A stretch of 63,966 nucleotides of DNA, filler included, from Perkinsus chesapeaki ATCC PRA-425 (taxonomy: Eukaryota; Protista; Perkinsozoa): assembly GCA_013115145.1 (NCBI GenBank). It is 7 parts of 7 records of this genome, joined end to end, with 100 filler letters (N's around TTAATTAATTAA, not from the genome) between each part and the next. Parts side by side here need not be neighbours in the genome. Positions count along the whole stretch, not along the records: positions 59,816 to 62,799 come from JAAPAO010001485.1; positions 62,900 to 63,966 come from JAAPAO010002228.1; 5 more parts are not named here. One strand, given 5' to 3'. Below the pieces are notes generated by a model that was given only the letters and a program-made list of their open reading frames with translations, was not told where the DNA came from and searched no databases. Positions 60,420 to 63,966 of this stretch are shown here, in pieces (positions within the stretch are counted from its first letter, which is position 1; each line of letters starts with the position of its first letter). A program made the position numbers and the translations under genes.

Positions 60420-62799
60420 AATGTACAATTGATGGGTGTGGCGCTCAAGAGGCTTTCAGCCGAGCAAGAAACTATTACTGATCTTGTTTGCTCAGTTTTC
60501 CCTGATGCTTGTGAGCGGGGCAGCCTCTCTCACCCACAGCCGTACGAGGTCAGAAACTCGAGCATTTAAGATGCTTCAGAACGTTCATGACCAAAATCCT
60601 GACATTACTACTGTGGACTACTTTAAGAGTTACTCTAGGAAGACTATGTCACTCGAGATAGTGCCAAGTAAACATCCTGATGAACGCGAGTCTCGCGCCG
60701 CGAGAGAGTTCCTATCAATGGCCGGGATGCTCTGTAATTGAGGACCCGAAGCACACCGCGCAGCCGAGAAAGTCAAAGATACTTCGCACGGAAGCACTGC
60801 CTACGAGGCACCAGGTTCAGTATGTTTGAGGGATTTCGGCCAGGGTTGATGGGTTTTGGAATCATCTCAGGGCCTGAGACTCACATACATTACGAATGAA
60901 TGGTCTGGGTTGGTGCCACGGACGTTTTGAGGTCTCCGAGACAATCACCGTACCGCAGCAGAAGTCAAGTGCCTACGGCACACGATATGCCAGGGTTCAC
61001 GCTGCGGTCGTTGACTTGGGGCATACGTCTGATGCTCGAGGGTGCAACGCAAGTACGTTTGAGAGAGGTGATACTTTGATGCAGTACGTAGTTTGCGGTC
61101 CGATCAAACTGGCAAGGTTTTGCAACAGCGTCGCGCACAGATGAAACTGCAACGTTTCAAAACGGTTGGAACGGCCGAAGCGCGGCTGATCGATCCATTA
61201 GCCCGGTAGCTACTAACTCCCAACAGTTGAGATTATTTCTCATCATTATGAAGCTTATCGAATCTCTGGTACTATTCGTGAGCACCTCGCGATACATGAT
61301 ATCTGCTGGGGCCAAGTTACCTAATGATGATAAAAAGCCATGTAAGCTGGATGCCTTGGTGGCAGATGCCTTAGTGCATTGTGCATGGACGACGTTTCTG
61401 ATTCAGGGCAATCGAAAATTCAAAAGCACTACCGAGGTTCCGGTGACCTAGGTGATTTCGATTTTTACGCTAATGGCAGAGGCTCCTGGGTGAAGCCTGG
61501 CGTGTTCAAATGCAAAGGCAAGTGGCAAAATGCTTTCAAGTATGGTGCCCGAAAAGCGAAGATTATGGAGTGAGTTTTCCATGTTAAGCTTTTTATAATC
61601 CATGCTTTGGTTTCGACAGGTTCTGTGTCCGATTGCACGAAGATGATCAGGGTCACAAAGATTACAAGGATGCGCCGAATAAATACAGTAACGCACGTCA
61701 CGTCAAACTTGAAGATCTTCTGCATCCTCAGATTGCACTCTCGATCCTAACGATGAAGGCAACGACCATGGAAAGAAGAATAGAGATTGGCTGTGAGTTC
61801 AGTTATTTCGCATATAACTCTATGGCATGCTCAGATGCTACGAGAGGATCCCGAAAGTGGTACTGGTGGCTCCACACGGCCCACCGTGGAAGGGTAAATG
61901 CTCTACCCTCGAGAATTACGTGCCAAGGTGTAAGTCAGGGTATTCCATAGACACTATCCAGTATTACTGGTAGCGTTGTTTAGGGTATCCTGATGAGAGC
62001 CCTCCTGAGTGGTGTACTTATAATTGGTATGCTGATTATCAAACATGTTGGTGTATGAAAGGTTACTATAGAACCTCACCACATGATACTTCACTATACA
62101 TGAGGTAAGCCGGATTCATGTAACTAGTCTAACTGCAGTTCTTCGCAAGCACGGGAGTCATTCAGAGTCACATCTGATCGACGTCCTCTACCATTCATCC
62201 GCTTTCAGGGAGTGTCCTGAAGAAACTATCGTCAATGTTATTATGGCTATAGATAGTACTTGGTTCATAACCAAGAAGACGGGCCTACGTTTCAAAATCG
62301 CTACAACTTCCACTACAACGACAACGACGACGACTATCTCGACCACAACCACTTCAACGACCACAACCACTTCAACGACCACAACCACTTCAACGACTAC
62401 AACCACCACTATGACTACCACCACAACGGCAAGCACTTCCACAAGCATGACTACAACTCCTATACCAGAAACTACAAGCACGACTATAGTGATAGCTAGT
62501 ACACCAACGACTACAGCTACGATCTTAACAACATCTGCCACTACGAACACTGTAGCAGAGGTGACTCCAACTCTCACTACGGCAACAGCCGGAGCTGATG
62601 CTGAAACTACGTCTGCTTCGAGCTCTTCTGCCTCTACGTCCGCTCAAATGAGCGCCAACCTCACGACAACACTAACTTCAACCCCAACTACTATTGAATC
62701 AACAAGCGTGAGTCCTACAACAGTTGGTACTTCTAAGAGATGCATCTGTCCATCACCTACTAGTAGTTATTTTGAGACAACCGATACTATCATCCAGAC
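60420..62799 (+). CDS. Multi-exon gene ending in a Thr-rich mucin-like region, 3'-truncated
   Basis: The last visible exon (about 62259-62799) encodes TTSTTTTTTTIST...VSPTTVGTSKRCICP. Upstream exon-like pieces are present, but their assignment to the same gene is uncertain. Confidence 0.5.
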
Positions 62800-62899
62800 N
62801 NNNNNNNNNNNNNNNNNNNNNNNNNNNNNNNNNNNNNNNNNNNTTAATTAATTAANNNNNNNNNNNNNNNNNNNNNNNNNNNNNNNNNNNNNNNNNNNN
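62800..62899. other. Artificial contig linker
   Basis: TTAATTAATTAA at 62844-62855. Confidence 0.99.
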
Positions 62900-63966
62900 C
62901 AGCAAATACAGTTGTTGATGACAGATCTCGTCAGCCCGATGATAGCGGGGAGATAGAAGTCGCGCACAAAACCTACGGTACCAGGGACACCGGGGTGAGC
63001 ATTGGCGCGATGGGCATCAAGAACTATCTTCCGTCGAAAGAGGCCTGCTTCTCGCGGTACATACGGCAATAAGATAACGGATCCATCGCTGAGACCTGAT
63101 CGATAGACGAAGATGTCAGCAGCATCCACGTCAACTGATAACTGGACTGGTCCACCATGTTGAGGACAGTTGTTGCCAATAACGCTCTTGACTGGAAAGT
63201 TCTTCGTCATATGAAGTTGGGCTGAATGACAAGCCGCACGAATATTAGCATATCCCCAATGATCGGAACAGTCCATAGTGAGTTGAGTAGCATCAGGATC
63301 GTTGTGATTCTCCTTGAGCGCGGCCAGAATAGCACGAAGTAATCTGACACGCCAGAGAACGTCGTCAAGATCATAAGAATAAGCAGATATAATCTCGACC
63401 AACGGTTGGCAGTGAGGAGCTACATCGCCCGATTCCACCTGATGAAGCGAGTCTCGAAGTTCAAACACACAGTTTATTGTATCGAGAACTCCACAAATAT
63501 CAACAGGATGAACTGCGAGATCACGAGCGATGCACAAAGAATCCATTGCTACACTAGGACGATCAGATGCGTCCTCGAGCACTCGGCAGCAGTCATGGAG
63601 GTGCTCGCTCGCGTGACCAATAGAGGGAGTCGATGGGTGTTGTAGTAGGGCACACAGATCACAGGCTGCGTCAGCGGGACAACGGTCGATGAGAGCGCAA
63701 CAACTATCATCGAAATCTTGACCAACGGCTTCGACCTCGTCCTTGTTAACGGCGTTGTAGATATCGGCCACCTTGATACCCTCGCCCTCCCCTCGTTTGA
63801 GAAGAAGCGCACCCATAGACAATCCACCGGAGTCGGGAACCACTCGGTCGAGGCAGCGACTTGCAGAATCAGCAAGCGTGTTCACGGATCCTTGAACGTG
63901 AGCAACAGAGATGGTACCACCATAGCTCCGGATACGAGTAATCTCCTGAACAACACACTCTACTAA
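62900..63966 (-). mobile_element. LTR retrotransposon pol fragment, BEL/Pao-like (RNase H end, linker, integrase H2C2 domain)
   Basis: Uninterrupted frame across the whole contig. It contains the RNase H C-terminal HVQGSVNTLADSASR, the Pao-type LWRVRLLRAIL, and the integrase Zn domain VLDAHRANAHPGVPGTVGFVRDFYLPAIIGLTRSVINNCIC. Confidence 0.85.

Noticed and set aside
30331-62899. Repeated TTAATTAATTAA motif inside N runs
   Set aside because: It is an artificial six-frame stop linker with fixed 44+12+44 geometry. Adjacency across these joins has no biological meaning.
1-63966. Perkinsid/dinoflagellate spliced-leader gene or relic (ACCGTAGCCAT…GGCTCAAG)
   Set aside because: No convincing match was found by eye on either strand. 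A degenerate relic could have been missed.

Overview
Eukaryotic, intron-rich genomic DNA, most likely from a Perkinsus-like alveolate. This is an inference from short GT-AG introns, the gene families seen and the repeat content. The window is not one locus. It is seven contigs joined by artificial N44-TTAATTAATTAA-N44 linkers (1-30330, 30431-43250, 43351-55816, 55917-57878, 57979-59715, 59816-62799, 62900-63966), and most ORF-track entries are exon fragments or spurious. Confident features: a PAP2/dolichyldiphosphatase-type phosphatase gene, an N-acylated CAMK/CDPK-like kinase gene, an intact tRNA-Arg(UCU) lying antisense in an intron, and a coiled-coil/poly-Q protein with two CCCH zinc fingers. 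Also confident: three tandem multi-RRM (Musashi/DAZAP1/Hrp1-like) genes on an AT-rich contig, a 510-bp hAT-type MITE with a perfect 8-bp TSD, a LINE 5' fragment (zinc-knuckle ORF1 plus APE endonuclease) and a BEL/Pao pol fragment. Two patterns stand out as possibly undescribed. (1) Short spliceosomal introns in several unrelated genes carry tRNA-derived T-arm/B-box sequence, mostly antisense and close to the 5' splice site, grading from an intact tRNA to a decayed tRNA to 3'-half remnants. In one intron the GT donor falls exactly on the antisense of A73-C74. (2) Intergenic DNA contains chained perfect palindromes with a single unpaired central base, suggesting iterative fold-back or templated repair. 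All exon structures were built by eye and need RNA-seq confirmation.
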